From Coriobacteriales bacterium (GTDB taxonomy: Bacteria; Actinomycetota; Coriobacteriia; Coriobacteriales; UMGS124), in the NCBI GenBank assembly GCA_048173955.1, contig DBEYOB010000149.1, positions 1 through 61,707 of the forward strand: a DNA stretch of 61,707 nt, written 5' to 3'. Both the position numbers and the translations under genes were made by a program. Below the pieces are notes generated by a model. It saw only the letters and a list, made by a program, of their open reading frames with translations, was not told the DNA's origin and made no database searches. Shown piece by piece: positions 23,893-33,165 of the stretch (the first letter of the stretch is position 1; every line of letters starts with the position of its first letter).

Positions 23893-24852
23893 ATGGGGCG
23901 GGCATGCGACACGGGGACGCATGACACGGAAACGCATGATGCGAAAACGCACGGCACGGAAGCACGCGACGCAGCGGTGTGCGATGCGGAAGGGTCGGCG
24001 ACTTGCGAGGGGTCGCGCGACGACGCCGACCCGACAGGCGACGACGCGGGTGCGATGACCGCCGACGAGCGTGCGGAGCTCATTGGGCAGCTTTGCGACT
24101 CCGCCCTGGCGCGGGCGGCCGTCTATCGCATGCTCGCCTCGCTCTATCTGAACAAGCTCGATGCCGCGACGATCGAGAGCCTTGCCTTGGCGATTGCCGA
24201 CGGAGTGCCCATCGACAACCCCCTGATGGCCGAGGGCTACGGGGACATGGCGGCGTTTTTGCGGGACCGCGACGGGGGGACCTGCTTGGAGCTCGCGGTC
24301 GACTTTGCGTGCGCGATCCGGTTCGAAGGGTCGCAGGGGGAGCGCCGTGCCGTGCCCTGTGAGAGCATGGTCGTCACATCGGCGAATCCTGCGACTCCGA
24401 CGGCCGCTGCATCGGACGGGCCTGCCTCGCAGGACGCTTCTTCCGTGGCGGATGCCTCCGCCGTACTTGACCGTTTCACGCAGGAGGTGCGCGACGACGT
24501 GCGACGCCTGATGCGCGAGGCGGACGTTGAGGTCGAGGACGGCTTGCAGGTGCCCGAGGACCATCTGAGCTTCGAGTGTGCGTTCATGGCGCAGCTCGCG
24601 GATCGCGAGTATGAAGCGCTTGCGGACGATCGGCTCGAGGATGCCCTTGCCGCCGTGGGCGCGCAGCGCGCGATGCATGCGGGCCATTTGCTGTCCTGGA
24701 TCGACGGGTATTGCGACCGTCTCGACGAGGCGGCCGAGACGCGGTTCTACCGCGGCGTCTCGAAACTGACACGCGGATATATCCACGAGGAGAAGGACTT
24801 CATCGACGACTCGTACGTGGCCATCGAGGAGCTGATTGCGGAGCGGCGCTGA
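23893..24852 (+). CDS. Second TorD/DmsD-family chaperone-like protein, with an acidic Thr/His/Asp-rich N-terminus
   Basis: ARAAVYRMLASLYL..LAVDFACAIRF..EDHLSFECAFMAQLA..HLLSWIDGYCDRL is TorD-like. ATG 23893 with GAGGGAGGA upstream. Confidence 0.7.
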   Translation: MGRACDTGTHDTETHDAKTHGTEARDAAVCDAEGSATCEGSRDDADPTGDDAGAMTADERAELIGQLCDSALARAAVYRMLASLYLNKLDAATIESLALAIADGVPIDNPLMAEGYGDMAAFLRDRDGGTCLELAVDFACAIRFEGSQGERRAVPCESMVVTSANPATPTAAASDGPASQDASSVADASAVLDRFTQEVRDDVRRLMREADVEVEDGLQVPEDHLSFECAFMAQLADREYEALADDRLEDALAAVGAQRAMHAGHLLSWIDGYCDRLDEAAETRFYRGVSKLTRGYIHEEKDFIDDSYVAIEELIAERR

Positions 24853-24966
24853 GACGGCCTGCGGTTCGACGGCGCCGCCGCGCGGCTCCGCAGCGATGGT
24901 GCCGCGCCTGAGCGCCGCGCCTGATCAGCAGGTGCCCATCAGGTTGCAGGGCCGGGCTGTGTCAAA

Positions 24967-25182
24967 GAAAATCGGCCGCGCTGGCCAAAAAGTTCGATCG
25001 TGAAGAGCAGTCTGCCCCTTTTGGGGCCGGATGCGCCGTGTGAATCGTTGCCCCAGGCCTTCGGGACAACGCACACGCAGATTGAGTTTACAATTTGGGA
25101 AATGAGCTAGGCTCCCACATCTGCAATCGCCGCTCGATGCCCTTCACGATCGACCATTCTGGCCAGCACCGGCCGCAAAACC
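24967..25182. repeat. MITE/REP-like palindromic intergenic element, same family as the solo arm at 6949..6992
   Basis: Left arm is 24967-25009. The right arm (25139-25182, GCCCTTCACGATCGACCATTCTGGCCAGCACCGGCCGCAAAACC) is its imperfect reverse complement. Confidence 0.6.
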
Positions 25183-25374
25183 TGACGCGAGGCGCGACGC
25201 GGGTGCGCGGCGCGGGTACGCGGCGCGGGGCCCAAAGGCTCGCCTTCGGACCCCGCGCGTATCGGTCGGCCGTGCCTCGCCTGTCAGCCGCATGTACGTC
25301 AGCCGCGCGCATGTCTGCCGCATGCGCGCCTGTAAGCGCCTGTCGGCTATCGGCGCCTCCGGCCTGGGCGGACC

Positions 25375-27216
25375 TTACTCGCTAATCTGCACGTAGGTGC
25401 CCTCGCCCAGCGCGCCGGTGGCGGCATACTCGCCGGCCATCATGCCCTGGGTCTGCGCGAACGACAGGCTCTCGCCGGCGATGCTCGTGAAGTACTGCCA
25501 GCCGAAGCGGCTGCCCGAGCAGTTGCCGGCGGCATAGAGGCCCTGGATCGGCCGGTAGTCGTTGCCCAGCACACGGCTGAACTCGTCGACCACCAGGCCC
25601 GACGTCGTCACCATGATGACGCCGATCTTCTTGGTGCCGCAGTAGCCGAAGTACGGCGGGTTCTTGAGCGGGAACATCAGCGAGGGGGCCTTGCCGAAGT
25701 CCTCGTCGACGCCCTTCTCGCACAGCTCGTTGTAGCGCTCGATGGTGGCGACGAAGTTGTCGAGCGCCTCGCCCTCGTAGCCCAGGTAGGTGCCCAGGGT
25801 CTCGAAGTCGTCGGCCGCCACCAGGGTCGCGCCGGCCATCTGGGCCTTGTTGCCGCCGGCGGAGCCGTCGTCGCCCGTGATGGGTTCGCTCGGGGCACCG
25901 GCGGCGTAGGCCGCGTCCATCTGCTCCTTGAGCTGGGCGAAGTCGGTGTTGGCGTAGTCGTAGCTCATGTGGCCGAGCGGCTGGGCCTTGAGCTGCTCCT
26001 CAATGTTGCTGTCGAACACGGTCGAGATGATGCCCTCGGGCTGGTAGGCGCCGGGCATGGCGGCGAGCTCGGTGGAGCCGAAGCCTTCGTTGGAGTAGCG
26101 CTTGCCCTCGGCGTTGATCCACAGCGCCGCGGTGGTGCCGATGGGGTCGGTGGGGGAGTCGCACGGGTACCAGTAGGCGCCGTCCATCGTGCTCATGCAC
26201 GGGTCGAGGCGTCCGCCGGCCCAGTAGCCCATCTTGATGCCCTGGCCGTCGCGCCCGGCGCCCATGCAGCTGATGGAGCCGCCCTCCGGCAGCAGGTCGA
26301 CGATCTCGTGGAGCAGGTCGGCGCACATCGTGGCGTTCGTTGAGAAGTCGCCGGTGGCGAGGATGACTCCCTTGGCGGCGTTCACCTGCACGAAGCCGTC
26401 CTCGCGCTGGCCGTAGGCGCCGGTGACGGTGCCGTTTTCATCCTGGATGAGCAGGTAACCCTTGGTCCCGTAGAACACCTTGCCGCCGTTGGCCACGGCG
26501 ACGTCGATGCAGTTCTGCAGCACGGTCGACTGGAAGCTGCCCAGGTTGGCGGTGCCGACCCAGCACTTGATTCCGGAGTGGTCCTTCTTGTAGGTCTCGG
26601 AGACGGGCCACTGGCGGATGGTGATCGAGGCCTTGTCCTCGTCGGAGAGGCAGTCGACCATCCAGTCAAAGCACTGGCCGGCATGGGTCGCATAGTTGCG
26701 CACCAGGCCGGGGTTCGAGCGGTTGTTCGAGCGCACCTGCCAGTCGTTCAGGAACTCGATGGTGTCGACCTGGGGCACGCCGCGGTCGGCGAGGAACTGC
26801 GAGTTGAGGTGGCCGACCTGGCCGCCGGCGAGGAAGCTCATGGCGTCCTCGGCCTGGTCCTCGAAGGCGGCGACGCTCGCTCCGGCCTCGGAGGCCGCGC
26901 GCAGGGCGGCGCAGCCGGCGTGGCCGAGGCCGATGACGAGGACGTCGCAGTCGTAGGTCTCGACGACCTCCTCGGTGGCGGGGGCCGCAGGTGCGGTGCG
27001 CCACTCGGGGTCCTCGACGGGGCCGCCGCCCATCATGGGAGGGGCGCCCGCGGGCGCGCCTTCGCCCTCAGGGGCGCCTTCGCCTGCGGGAGCGCCCTCG
27101 GCGGGTGCGGCCTCCTCGGCCCAGGCAGGGCCGGCGATGGTGGTGAGCGCGGTCACGCCGAGTGCGGCGAGACCGGCGTCCTTGACGAACGTGCGGCGAG
27201 AAACGGTGTTCTCCAT
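25375..27216 (-). CDS. Tat-exported FAD-dependent flavoprotein reductase (FAD_binding_2 family)
   Basis: Signal MENTVSRRTFVKDAGLAALGVTALTTIAGPAWA, a Gly/Ala/Pro/Glu low-complexity linker, FAD fold CDVLVIGLGHAGCAAL, and C-terminal GLYAAGNCSGS. ATG 27216 with AAGGGGA upstream. Confidence 0.9.
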   Translation of the reverse strand: MENTVSRRTFVKDAGLAALGVTALTTIAGPAWAEEAAPAEGAPAGEGAPEGEGAPAGAPPMMGGGPVEDPEWRTAPAAPATEEVVETYDCDVLVIGLGHAGCAALRAASEAGASVAAFEDQAEDAMSFLAGGQVGHLNSQFLADRGVPQVDTIEFLNDWQVRSNNRSNPGLVRNYATHAGQCFDWMVDCLSDEDKASITIRQWPVSETYKKDHSGIKCWVGTANLGSFQSTVLQNCIDVAVANGGKVFYGTKGYLLIQDENGTVTGAYGQREDGFVQVNAAKGVILATGDFSTNATMCADLLHEIVDLLPEGGSISCMGAGRDGQGIKMGYWAGGRLDPCMSTMDGAYWYPCDSPTDPIGTTAALWINAEGKRYSNEGFGSTELAAMPGAYQPEGIISTVFDSNIEEQLKAQPLGHMSYDYANTDFAQLKEQMDAAYAAGAPSEPITGDDGSAGGNKAQMAGATLVAADDFETLGTYLGYEGEALDNFVATIERYNELCEKGVDEDFGKAPSLMFPLKNPPYFGYCGTKKIGVIMVTTSGLVVDEFSRVLGNDYRPIQGLYAAGNCSGSRFGWQYFTSIAGESLSFAQTQGMMAGEYAATGALGEGTYVQISE

Positions 27217-27525
27217 GGTGCATCCCCTTTTCTGTTGGTATGGGCTGCTGCGCATATGCGGGAGGGGTGCCTTGGGGGCCGCCCTGTGCGGGTCCGGGGG
27301 CGGGTTCGGGGTGCCCCTCCGAGCGCTGGCTCTACCGTAGCCGCGCCTGTGCGCGCCCGCAATAATCAATACCGGGTGATGCTTCGAGCAGGCCTTTTTC
27401 AAGGGGTAGTGGAAATTGGGTAGGCGCTTCTCCCTGCGGTGTCCCGCTCGTTGCGGGCGCATGCGGGGCATATGAGGGGTTTAGGTAAGGGTTGGGTGAG
27501 GCTGGGGCCTGCTCGGCCACGGGCC

Positions 27526-27555
27526 TTGACACGCTTTTCAGCCGAGGAGCACAAT
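27526..27555 (+). promoter_or_regulatory. Candidate promoter TTGACA-N18-CACAAT upstream of the secreted-protein gene
   Basis: Read from the sequence. About 95 nt upstream of ATG 27649. Confidence 0.3.
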
Positions 27556-27648
27556 TTTTCAGCGTTCACATCACTGGAACGGCACTCGAGGGATGCGGGG
27601 TCGATGCCGCGTCGCGCGGGGCCCGTCGGACAAGGAGATCTGGTTTTC

Positions 27649-28842
27649 ATGGAAGCTAACGCACGTCGCTTTGCCCCTGCGTTCCTCATGTCGGTGGCGC
27701 TCGCGGGCACCTGCCTTGCCGCGCCCGGCATCGCGCTGGCGGACGCTGCCGCCGGGGCGGAGGAGCAGCCCGCCGTCGAGCTGGAGCAGCAGGCCGGCGC
27801 GGGTCTCGAGGCCGAGGGTTCCAACGCCGCTGCCGAGGAGGGTGCCTCGTCCGAGACCCCTGCCTCCGCCGACGAGGCCGAGGCCCAGGGTGCCCAGGCC
27901 GCCGCTGACGGCACCTATGCCTGCGGCGGGGTCCAGATCACGGTTCCCGAGGACTTTGAGGTCGCCGACCTCGAGTATATGCTGATCGCCACCAACGCCG
28001 ACGCGTCCATCGTGATCAGCGTGTCGCCTTCGGGCTCCGACGACACCGTCCCCGCCGACCCCGCCGAGTGGGGCGCCTTCTTCGAGCCGTTCGCCGAGAG
28101 CAGCGCCACCGAGATGGGCGGCACCTATGAGGACGGCGGCATCTACACGCTCGCCGACGGTACGCAGGCGCAGGTCTTCGCGATCGGGGCCGCGGAGACC
28201 GACGGCACCCCGATCGTCCTCGCCCAGTGCTACGTGCCGCTTGCGGACGGGACGTTCACGCTGGTGCAGGTCGGCTGCTATGCCGACGACGAGGCGACCG
28301 TCGAGCTGGCGGATAGCATCTCCGAGACGATCGTCCTCGCCTCCGACGAGGCCGAGGCTGAGGCCGGCCAGGCCGCCGATACCGCCGACGTTGCCGCCGC
28401 CGACGATGCGGCTGCCGCCGACGTCCAGACGGTTCAGGCCGGTGGCATCGAGCTCGACCTTCCCGCCGGCTACGTCGCCGACGAGTCGTCCACCGAGACG
28501 GAGCCTTCTTGGCTGAGCGCCGACGGCAACGTGATGATCGGCGTGACGCCGAACCTGCTCGACGAGTACTCGACCGTGGGCGAGGAGGGGCTCGACCTGC
28601 TGGCGCTCATCGTGGCTGAGGGTCTCGGCGGCGAGCTCGCCGGTTCCACCGTCCTGCCGAACGGCGTCTACGCCTACACGCTCACCTTCTCGGTCGAGGG
28701 CCAGGAGGGCATCGCCATCCTCGGCATGGTCCCGCTCGCCGACGACACGGTGACGAGCATCCTCGCCATGACGCCTTTGGAGAACGCCGCCAACAGCGAC
28801 GCCGAGGTCACGGCCGTGTTCGAGAGCGTCCGCGTCCTGTAG
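27649..28842 (+). CDS. Secreted acidic hypothetical protein with two similar tandem halves
   Basis: Signal peptide MEANARRFAPAFLMSVALAGTCLAAPGIALA. Asp/Glu/Ala-rich linkers separate two globular segments of similar length. AAGGAG upstream. Confidence 0.7.
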   Translation: MEANARRFAPAFLMSVALAGTCLAAPGIALADAAAGAEEQPAVELEQQAGAGLEAEGSNAAAEEGASSETPASADEAEAQGAQAAADGTYACGGVQITVPEDFEVADLEYMLIATNADASIVISVSPSGSDDTVPADPAEWGAFFEPFAESSATEMGGTYEDGGIYTLADGTQAQVFAIGAAETDGTPIVLAQCYVPLADGTFTLVQVGCYADDEATVELADSISETIVLASDEAEAEAGQAADTADVAAADDAAAADVQTVQAGGIELDLPAGYVADESSTETEPSWLSADGNVMIGVTPNLLDEYSTVGEEGLDLLALIVAEGLGGELAGSTVLPNGVYAYTLTFSVEGQEGIAILGMVPLADDTVTSILAMTPLENAANSDAEVTAVFESVRVL

Positions 28843-28950
28843 GCGCTCTGCAGCGGCGCCGCGTTCGCCGCGGACAGACGATGCGATGGCGACGGGCCGT
28901 CGGGGTGCAAGACGATGCACACCCGGCGGCCCGTTTGGTTGGGAGGGGCG

Positions 28951-29469
28951 ATGGGGCGGTCGGAAAAGGCGATGGGGGCGGTTGCGGGCCCCGGTGCGCT
29001 CCGCATATCGGAGGTCGTTTCCGGCAAACGGCGCTACCTCCCCCTGCTTCTGCTTGGCGACGAGCAGGAGGACATGATTGACCGCTATCTCGAAAGGGGA
29101 CGGCTGTTCGTCGTCGACGACGGCTCCGAAAGACCCGAATCCGCCCGTGCCGTCGCCGTGGTGACCGACGAGGGCGGCGGCATCCTCGAGGTCAAGAACA
29201 TCGCAGTCGCACCGGCGTTCCAGCGCCGAGGCTACGGGCGTGCCCTGCTCGCGTTCGTCGAGCAGACGTTTGCCGGGGCGTTCGACGTGCTCCAAGTCGG
29301 CACGGGCGACAGCCCGCTCACGGTGCCGTTCTATGAGGCCTGCGGCTTCGAGCGCTCCCATGTGGTGCCGAACTTCTTCGTCGACAACTACGACCACCCG
29401 ATCGTCGAGGCTGGGGTGCGCCTGGTCGACATGGTGTATCTGCGCAAGCGGCTGCGGGGCAGGCGGTAG
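28951..29469 (+). CDS. GNAT-family N-acetyltransferase
   Basis: Acetyl-CoA motif IAVAPAFQRRGYGRALL and C-terminal FYEACGF. The start is ambiguous (ATG 28951 or 28972). Confidence 0.8.
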   Translation: MGRSEKAMGAVAGPGALRISEVVSGKRRYLPLLLLGDEQEDMIDRYLERGRLFVVDDGSERPESARAVAVVTDEGGGILEVKNIAVAPAFQRRGYGRALLAFVEQTFAGAFDVLQVGTGDSPLTVPFYEACGFERSHVVPNFFVDNYDHPIVEAGVRLVDMVYLRKRLRGRR

Positions 29470-29599
29470 GGCCGCGTGCGGCAGCGTCCGGCCGATGGCC
29501 TTTTTGGCGCGTCCAACCGTCCCCTTGACTTAAAGTTGGCTTCATGTTCGAAAATGACCCCGTATCGACAACGTTGAACGCGGGGGACAAGGGGCGAAC

Positions 29600-30058
29600 A
29601 TGCCGTATTCCATAGGCGAGGTTTCCGAGCGCACCGGCATCGCGGCGTCGACCTTGCGCTACTACGACAAAGAGGGCCTGCTCCCGTTCGTCGGGCGCAC
29701 ACCGGGCGGCATCCGGGTGTTCGACGACGCCGACCTCGACAGCCTGCGCGTCATCGACTGCCTCAAAAAGACGGGCCTGTCCATCAGGGAGATCAAGCAG
29801 TTCATGGACTGGTGCCGCGAGGGGAGCGCGACGTTCGGCAACCGGCTCGCGATGTTCCGGGAGCGCCGCGACGCGGTGCAGGCCCAGATGGAGGAGCTGC
29901 AGCGGGCGCTCGACATGATCGAGTACAAATGCTGGTACTACGAGGCTGCCCTCGCGGCGGGGACCGACGACGGCTTGGCCGACGTTCCGGCCGACCAGCT
30001 TCCCGAGCGCGCCCGTCCGGCCCGCAGACGGATGGACGAGGAGCTGGGGGCGGAGTAG
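29600..30058 (+). CDS. MerR-family transcriptional regulator
   Basis: MPYSIGEVSERTGIAASTLRYYDKEGLLPFVGRTPGGIRVFDDADLDSLRVIDCLKKTGLSIREIKQF is a canonical MerR HTH plus the start of the coiled coil. Confidence 0.9.
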   Translation: MPYSIGEVSERTGIAASTLRYYDKEGLLPFVGRTPGGIRVFDDADLDSLRVIDCLKKTGLSIREIKQFMDWCREGSATFGNRLAMFRERRDAVQAQMEELQRALDMIEYKCWYYEAALAAGTDDGLADVPADQLPERARPARRRMDEELGAE

Positions 30059-30297
30059 GCGCCGCCGCGGGAGCATGGCGCCCCTGCGGACGGTCGATTG
30101 CGGCTCGCAAACGGCAAACTGACCGCAGGCTGGGGCTCACCTTCATGCGTTGACACTCTGTTGTCGGGCGAAAGCTACACTTTTCAGCGGGGAGACCGTC
30201 GCTTTCGTTCGACAATTCGAAAGTTGATGACAATCCGCCTGCTTGTGGGCGCTCATGTCCGGTCCGCCCGCCTCGTTGCCTGCGTTTCGGTTGCGTC

Positions 30298-30930
30298 CTA
30301 CATCCCCGGGAACCCCGTCTGCCGCAGGGCCTCGTAGAGCACGATCGCCACGGAGTTCGACAGGTTGAGCGAGCTGATCTGCGTCGTCGCGTCGTCGACG
30401 AAGTTCCCGCAGATGTCGGTGCGGAAGGCGGGCACGCTGCCCACGTCGGGCGCACCCGCCGCCTGCCCGCCCATTGCGCCGTCTGCGCCTGCGCCGCGCG
30501 CCAGCCGCTCGTGGTGGGCGTGCCATGCGGCGGCGTTGTCGAGCGAGGCGGCATCGGGCAGCATGGGGATGCGCTCGCAGAGGTCGGGGTGGGCGTCGAG
30601 GATGCGCCGGTCGATGCCGGTGCTCTCCTTGCCGAACACCAGGAAGTCGCCGTCCCGGTAGGTCGACTCGGCATAGGTGCGCGTCCCGCGCTTGGTGAGC
30701 AGGTGCAGGCGCGCCCCCGGGTTGCGCGCGAGGAAGTCGTCCCATCCGGCGTACTCGTCGACCCGCAGGTTCGGCCAGTACGCCATGCCGGCGCGCTTGA
30801 GCAGCGGGTCGCTCAGCTCGAAGCCGAACGGTCGGATCAGGTGCAGCCGCGCCCCGGTCACCACGCAGGTGCGTCCGATGTTGCCGGTGTTCGAGGGTAT
30901 CTCCGGCTCGAAGAGGACGACGTTGAGCAT
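30298..30930 (-). CDS. trmL: tRNA (cytidine/uridine-2'-O-)-methyltransferase TrmL (SpoU/TrmH family) carrying an internal insertion
   Basis: MLNVVLFEPEIPSNTGNIGRTC..LHLIRPFGF..DGDFLVFGKESTG..RIPMLPD..SLNLSNSVAIVLYEA matches the TrmL pattern I recall from E. coli. 210 aa instead of about 157. Confidence 0.85.
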   Translation of the reverse strand: MLNVVLFEPEIPSNTGNIGRTCVVTGARLHLIRPFGFELSDPLLKRAGMAYWPNLRVDEYAGWDDFLARNPGARLHLLTKRGTRTYAESTYRDGDFLVFGKESTGIDRRILDAHPDLCERIPMLPDAASLDNAAAWHAHHERLARGAGADGAMGGQAAGAPDVGSVPAFRTDICGNFVDDATTQISSLNLSNSVAIVLYEALRQTGFPGM

Positions 30931-30934
30931 GGCG

Positions 30935-31465
30935 CTAGCGCCCCTCGCCCGGCTGGGCTTCGTCGAACGTCAGCCTCATCTCGTGCCACGCGACGCCGCC
31001 GTGGGTCGAGTCCGAGAGGCCCTCGTCGACGAAGCCGAACTTGGCGTAGTAGTGCACGAGGTGGTCCTTGCAGGTGAGGACGAGGCCCCTGCGGCCCTGG
31101 GCACGGGCCTCCTCGACGACGTGGCGCAGCAGCCGCTCGGCGTAGCCCCTCCGGCGGAACTCGGGCACGGTCACCACGCCGAAGATCATCTGCCAGGCCC
31201 CGGCCTCGTCGTGCAGCGCGGCGTCGTCGTACATCTCGTCGCGCAGGACGGGCTCGTCGGTCGTCATGCCGTTCACGAAGCTCGCCAGCCGGCCGTCGAC
31301 TTCGAGCAGCCAGAAGTGGTCGGGATAGGTGGAGAGCCGCGCGGCGAACGATTCGCGCGTCGCCGCCTCGGCGGCGGGGAAGCTGGCAAGCTCCGCCGCG
31401 GCGATCGCGTCGAGGTCGTCGAGGGAGGCGGTGCGGATGGTCGCTTCGGCGGTCGGTTCGGACAT
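30935..31465 (-). CDS. GNAT-family N-acetyltransferase
   Basis: VTVPEFRRRGYAERLLRHVVEEAR and YYAKFGF. Its stop is 4 nt upstream of the trmL start. Confidence 0.85.
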   Translation of the reverse strand: MSEPTAEATIRTASLDDLDAIAAAELASFPAAEAATRESFAARLSTYPDHFWLLEVDGRLASFVNGMTTDEPVLRDEMYDDAALHDEAGAWQMIFGVVTVPEFRRRGYAERLLRHVVEEARAQGRRGLVLTCKDHLVHYYAKFGFVDEGLSDSTHGGVAWHEMRLTFDEAQPGEGR

Positions 31466-31584
31466 GGGATGCGGGTCCTTTCAAGTCGGGGGTCGGATGC
31501 TAAGGCGCGGGGTGCCCGCCGTTGAGCGCGAGGTACTCGCCGTTGGGCGCGGGGCTCCTGCCGCTGGGTGACGTGCGCCGCGCG

Positions 31585-32376
31585 TTAGAACAGCCACATG
31601 TTCAGCAGGCCCAGAACGAGCAGGTGCACGGGATAGAACAGGTAGAAGAAGTATTTCATGCCGCGCCCGCGCTTGCCGTTGTAGGCCGCGATGCACGCCA
31701 GGCCGGCGACCGAGAACATCTGCAGCCAGCTGCCGTGCTCCACGCAGTAGAGGGCGCTCGCCCCGCATCCGAGCAGAAACTGCACGAAGCGGTGGTTGCG
31801 CGCCAGATAGAGCACGCCGATGAGGATGACGCCGTAGGCGTGGTAGCTCACGTCGAGCAGGTCCTCGCCGGCGAGCCACGCCGCGAGCGCCAGCGTGCCC
31901 ACGGTGAGCAGCATGGTGCCCCACCAGGGGAACTTGAGCCGCGTGCCCACCTCGTCGGCGATCCACAGGGCGCAGAAGGCGAGCAGCAGCGTGAACATGA
32001 TGTTGAGCTGGTCGGTGTAGGATATGCCCGCGACGCCGCCGTGCAGGGCGAAGTCGTAGGGGAGCTCGGCCACGATGCCGAACAGCAGCATGCGCAGCGC
32101 GTATTTCGGCTTGCTGTGGGTGTGGACGAACCCTTCCACCAGCACGAAGCAGAACAGGGGGAACGCGATGCGGCCGATGCGGCGCATCCACATGTAGATG
32201 TCGTACCAGTCCGACGCCGCCGGGTCGAACTGCTGGCGGAGCAGGAGGTAGTAGCTCCAGACCAGGGTCGCGCCCAGGTGGTCGATCAGCATGGTGACGA
32301 CGGCGATCCATTTGAGCCCGGTCCCGCTCAGCAGGTGCCAGGGCTTGCGCTCCAGGACTGCGGACAGCGTGCCCAT
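31585..32376 (-). CDS. TraX-family membrane protein
   Basis: LKWIAVVTMLIDHLGATL near the N-terminus plus multiple hydrophobic helices. ATG 32376 with GGAGGGAG upstream. Confidence 0.75.
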   Translation of the reverse strand: MGTLSAVLERKPWHLLSGTGLKWIAVVTMLIDHLGATLVWSYYLLLRQQFDPAASDWYDIYMWMRRIGRIAFPLFCFVLVEGFVHTHSKPKYALRMLLFGIVAELPYDFALHGGVAGISYTDQLNIMFTLLLAFCALWIADEVGTRLKFPWWGTMLLTVGTLALAAWLAGEDLLDVSYHAYGVILIGVLYLARNHRFVQFLLGCGASALYCVEHGSWLQMFSVAGLACIAAYNGKRGRGMKYFFYLFYPVHLLVLGLLNMWLF

Positions 32377-32545
32377 GGGCGAACTCCCTCCATCGTGCCT
32401 TTCGCGGCCCATTCGCCGCGCGGGGCCTTTCGCAATGCTCGGCGCTGCGGCATTATAGGCGAGATGCATCGTAGGAAGGATACACCTGCGAGCCCTATCG
32501 AAGGCAAGCGGATTGCGCGCGGATGCGGGCAGAGGAGGGCGTCCC

Positions 32546-33091
32546 ATGCTGTTCAGACAGGCGACGACGGACGATCACGGCGCGATCGTGCTGATCACCA
32601 CCGAGGGCCGGGAGTTTCTGGCCGCCCAGGGCCTCGACCAGTGGCAGGGGGGCAACCCCACGCCCGAGCGGGTCGCCGAGGACATCGAGCTCGGCTACGA
32701 CTACCTTGCGGTCGACGAGGCGACCGGCGAGCGGCTGGGCGCGGTCGCGGTGTGCGGCGTGGCCGAGGCCGACTACGGCAACGTGCGTGCGGGCGCGTGG
32801 CTCACGGATGCCTCGAACGACCCCGCCGTCCCCTCGTCCTACCTGGTGCTGCACCGCATGGCGGTCGCCTCCGCGGCGCGGGGCCGCGGGGTGGCGACCT
32901 TTCTGCTCGAGCGCTCGATCGAGCTCGCCCGCGCGCGGGGGTTTGCGAGCGTGCGGGTTGACACGCACGAGGGCAACCTCCTCATGCAGGGGGCGTTCCT
33001 CAAATGCGGCTTCGTGCGGTGCTGCGAGATCGAGATAACGAGCCCCATCGAGCCGAACAAGAAGCGCATCGGGTTCGAGCTGGTGCTGTAG
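32546..33091 (+). CDS. GNAT-family N-acetyltransferase
   Basis: LHRMAVASAARGRGVATFLLERSIELAR and FLKCGF. ATG 32546 with GAGGAGGG upstream. Confidence 0.85.
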   Translation: MLFRQATTDDHGAIVLITTEGREFLAAQGLDQWQGGNPTPERVAEDIELGYDYLAVDEATGERLGAVAVCGVAEADYGNVRAGAWLTDASNDPAVPSSYLVLHRMAVASAARGRGVATFLLERSIELARARGFASVRVDTHEGNLLMQGAFLKCGFVRCCEIEITSPIEPNKKRIGFELVL

Positions 33092-33165
33092 GTACGGCCG
33101 GGCGGCGTCCCGTGCGGCCTTGCGGACCGGCATGCCGGCGGCCGGGGAGGCGACCGGTTCGGGCC

